DNA from: Promethearchaeia archaeon
GTDB taxonomy: Archaea > Asgardarchaeota > Lokiarchaeia > Sigyniarchaeales > SOKP01
Length of the DNA stretch: 64,000 bases
NCBI GenBank assembly: GCA_029856045.1
Contig: JAHQWG010000033.1
Span: 1-64,000, forward strand
Direction: 5' to 3'
Position numbers and translations under genes: made by a program. The notes beneath the pieces are model-generated. The model was not told the origin of the DNA. It worked only from the letters and a program-made list of their open reading frames with translations, and made no database searches. Shown in pieces: positions 61,244 through 64,000 of the stretch (position 1 is the stretch's first letter; every line of letters begins with the position of its first letter).

Positions 61244-62266
61244 ATGTTAGAAGGAGATAAATGTAAAAGTTGTGAAACACAGAGTTGTTTAATGAAGTGT
61301 CAATTTATTGATATAAGTAAGGAAGATGCTAAAGTTGAGATTATGAAAATGGTTAATGGAGAGAATTCACGGATTTTAAGTGAATGTGTAACATGTTTTG
61401 CGTGTCAAGAATACTGTGAATTAAACGCAAGGCCATTTGATAGGATTGTAGAATTACAAGAAAAATATAATTCATTAAATATTCCTTCCGATATGATTGA
61501 AAGGGGAGTAAATCAATATGCTCCTCACTCTGAATTAAGAATGAAAGAAATCGACCCAGAGAAGCCAGTTTTAGACAAATGTACCTTTAGGAATATGAGT
61601 AAAAACGAGATGCAAGGACAAATGTTCGATAATCTTCAATACTTAAGCGGTACTGACTTTTTCTGTAATTTATTGTTTCATCATATGGCAAGAGATTCCG
61701 TAGTTAAAGAGAGAGCTCCTCTTATTATTAATAATTTCAAAAGACACGGAGTAAAAGAATTAATTTGTTGGCATGATGAATGTTATGGGTTTTTTGCATC
61801 GTATTGTCCAAGAAATGGTATTGAAGTACCATTTAAAGCAATTCATCTTTTTGAATATCTCCATAATTATCTAAAGGACCATGAGTCAGAAATAAATAAA
61901 TTAAATATGAAAATTGCTTACCTGCGTAATTGTTCAAATAGATTCATACCTAAAACTGATCAATGGGTTGATAAAATATGCGAATTAATTGGTGTTGAGA
62001 GGGTTGCAAGAAAATACGACAGAGAAAACGCTTTATGTTGTGGAGGTGGCATGGAGGCGATACCAGGCAAGAAAAATTTACGTAGAGAAACTCAAAAGAA
62101 AAATGTTCAAGATATGGTAGATCATGAAGCAGAAGCTTGTGTATTTAATTGCCCCATGTGTAAAAATATGATTGGCTCATTAGCTGAGAGAAATGGTTTG
62201 AAATTATATCTATTAAGTGATTTATGTCGGCTTGCCTTAGGAGAAACATTAGATTACATTAAATAA
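61244..62266 (+). CDS. Fe-S/CCG-domain oxidoreductase (HdrD/HdrB-like)
   Basis: CKSC...C..C, CVTCFAC..C, HDEC, CCGG, NCPMC. Confidence 0.8.
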   Translation: MLEGDKCKSCETQSCLMKCQFIDISKEDAKVEIMKMVNGENSRILSECVTCFACQEYCELNARPFDRIVELQEKYNSLNIPSDMIERGVNQYAPHSELRMKEIDPEKPVLDKCTFRNMSKNEMQGQMFDNLQYLSGTDFFCNLLFHHMARDSVVKERAPLIINNFKRHGVKELICWHDECYGFFASYCPRNGIEVPFKAIHLFEYLHNYLKDHESEINKLNMKIAYLRNCSNRFIPKTDQWVDKICELIGVERVARKYDRENALCCGGGMEAIPGKKNLRRETQKKNVQDMVDHEAEACVFNCPMCKNMIGSLAERNGLKLYLLSDLCRLALGETLDYIK

Positions 62267-62373
62267 GAAATTTCAAAATTTTTATTCTCTTTTTCTTATT
62301 TTTTATATCATTCAAGAGATCTCATGCATGTTAAGTAAATATTATATAAATAAAATACTATATTTTTATGTAA

Positions 62374-62793
62374 ATGGAAAATAATATTTCGAAAAAAATC
62401 AAAGTAATTCTTTCTAAAATTAAAAATATTAATAATCAATATTCTGATTTTTTTGATTCTTTGGATGAATTAGAAATTCCTTCTAAGGATGCGTTGATTG
62501 AAGATATCTACAATAATAATCTTCTAAAAAATGAATTCTTTTCAGAGTTTACTCAAATCAGTAGTAAGACAATAATGAAACTTGAAAAAGAACAAATTTT
62601 TGAAAGAATCATTTCTCAAATTAATAATAATCCTAACCAAAAAGACATTTATATCCAACAATTTTTAGAATTGTTTAAAGATATTTCCCCTCAAGATAAA
62701 AAGGTGATGATACAATCCTTTTTAAAATTAGATGAACAAGGGCTTAGAGATCAAATGACTAGTTTGATGTCTATTTTAAAATTTAAAACATAA
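62374..62793 (+). CDS. Hypothetical helical protein
   Basis: 139-aa ORF, no recognised motif. Confidence 0.55.
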   Translation: MENNISKKIKVILSKIKNINNQYSDFFDSLDELEIPSKDALIEDIYNNNLLKNEFFSEFTQISSKTIMKLEKEQIFERIISQINNNPNQKDIYIQQFLELFKDISPQDKKVMIQSFLKLDEQGLRDQMTSLMSILKFKT

Positions 62794-62855
62794 CTTCTAA
62801 TTAAAAAATAAAAAGAATTTTTATTAAAAGATATTAATTAATTAAAATTTTATTT

Positions 62856-63239
62856 CTATAGTGCCATAAGTTTCCCAAATATTGTCAATTTTTTCAATCC
62901 ACGCAACTTTATTTTCCTTGTGATCCATTTTTTCAATAAAGTGCCTGTAGATAACCCCTCCTCAAAAACCTTAGCTAATAGATTAAAGGGGCCTTCAAAT
63001 AAGCCATCATATTTTAAACTTTTCAAGGTTTCTTTGTCGTTTTTAACATCTTCAACATCTATAGTACCTTTATCAATTTTTATTAGAGCAGCACGTTTTT
63101 GATCTTTAGGATTAACTAATATCTTAACTTCAACTTCTGCAAATTCTTCTATAAATTCTTCCATGGTATTCAAGGGCTCAACCAGCTTCCATACAATACC
63201 TGCAAATCCTTTCATTCTTTTAGGTTTTTCTTCAGACAT
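62856..63239 (-). CDS. SCP2 sterol-carrier-like lipid-binding protein (tentative)
   Basis: IKIDKGTIDV...WITRKIKLRG C-terminal pattern resembling SCP2 G-K-I-K-x-x-G. Confidence 0.55.
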   Translation of the reverse strand: MSEEKPKRMKGFAGIVWKLVEPLNTMEEFIEEFAEVEVKILVNPKDQKRAALIKIDKGTIDVEDVKNDKETLKSLKYDGLFEGPFNLLAKVFEEGLSTGTLLKKWITRKIKLRGLKKLTIFGKLMAL

Positions 63240-63395
63240 TTAAAATCGTTAAAATAATTAATTTAAATAAATATTCATTATTTTGAATTAAACTTTTTAA
63301 TTTAAATAATCTTTTTATTTCAGATTGAAATAAAATTATGCTAAATAAATGAAGAAGAAGTTAACTATTAATAATCTTCAACCTAGAGACATGAA

Positions 63396-63659
63396 TTAGT
63401 ATGTCGGATTCTCAGTTTTACCAAAAAATTCTTCAAAAGCTTTTCTATCATCTTCAGAGATTTTTTTACGTCGTTCAGATTCCTCCACGATAATAGGGGC
63501 CTTTTCACTCTCTGAATGTTGAATTTTTTTAATTATTTTATATTCATCTTTGCTTGTAAATTTATATTCACAATCACATGCTCTACAGTATAGAATCTTT
63601 TTCCCCTTTTTTGGAATCAAAATATTATTGCATTTTGGGCAAAATTGCACTTGTACCAC
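63396..63659 (-). CDS. TFS/RpoM (Rpb9-like) paralogue with only the N-terminal zinc ribbon
   Basis: QFCPKCNNILIP...LYCRACD.EY; lacks the C-terminal ribbon with the acidic DE hairpin. Confidence 0.7.
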   Translation of the reverse strand: MVQVQFCPKCNNILIPKKGKKILYCRACDCEYKFTSKDEYKIIKKIQHSESEKAPIIVEESERRKKISEDDRKAFEEFFGKTENPTY

Positions 63660-63905
63660 CTAATTTTTGTAATATTGTTTTCTTTTTTTCATCCACAATA
63701 ATTATTTCAACAAATTTACTTAACTTACTTTTTATATAAATAATTGTTTTTAAATTTATCTACTACAAACCATAAAATTTTTAACCTAAAAAATTTTTAT
63801 AATAAATCCGGTATATAAAATTTGCTATTTTTTATTAATTACTGATTGACTATATTCTAATTTGAATTAATAAAATTTTTAATAATCATTTCTTTATTTT
63901 TATAT

Positions 63906-64000
63906 ATGTTAGTTATGGCACATAGAGGTGCAAGTTCTGAAGCTCCAGAAAATACATTAATTGCTTTTTCTAAAGCTGTAGAAATTGGGGCTGATTATAT
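63906..64000 (+). CDS. Glycerophosphodiester phosphodiesterase (5' part, truncated by the window)
   Basis: MLVMAHRGASSEAPENTLIAFSKAVEIGADY. Confidence 0.88.
   Translation, partial: MLVMAHRGASSEAPENTLIAFSKAVEIGADY

Noticed and set aside
456-63102. Short track ORFs antisense to or nested in long genes (e.g. 456-704, 2240-2542, 9513-9896, 19426-19785, 46743-47138)
   Set aside because: Shadow frames of well-supported genes with no motifs.
1-64000. CRISPR arrays, tRNA/rRNA genes, transposases or proviral genes
   Set aside because: No regularly spaced repeats, cloverleaf or long GC-rich structural RNA, or mobile-element ORFs were recognised by eye.

Overview
AT-rich (roughly 30% GC by eye) archaeal chromosomal window. 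It most likely comes from an Asgard archaeon of the Lokiarchaeia/Promethearchaeota type; this is inferred from the ether-lipid genes, two AORs, and selenoproteins with eukaryote-like AUGA/GA SECIS hairpins. Most genes are for anaerobic acyl-CoA, amino-acid and redox metabolism: Etf/acyl-CoA dehydrogenase, a B12 acyl-CoA mutase with MeaB, a CoA-transferase-like pair, a LarA-like protein, AORs, HdrA-MvhD-FdhB-like, a Liv-type ABC system and ether-lipid synthesis. The ORF track misses four RNA-level systems. (1) A 32-nt canonical bulge-helix-bulge intron interrupts the DxHxxG cobalamin motif of the mutase small-subunit gene. (2) hdrA (3 UGA) and mvhD (2 UGA) are selenoprotein genes apparently served by one SECIS that overlaps the mvhD stop. 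(3) A second, structurally matching SECIS on the opposite strand follows a ubiquitin/MoaD-like ORF with Gly-Cys-UGA-UGA and an open 38-codon extension, a candidate new selenoprotein with tandem Sec. (4) A box C/D sRNA has a D guide that matches the 16S 1402 decoding-site region. No tRNA, rRNA, CRISPR array or transposase was recognised.
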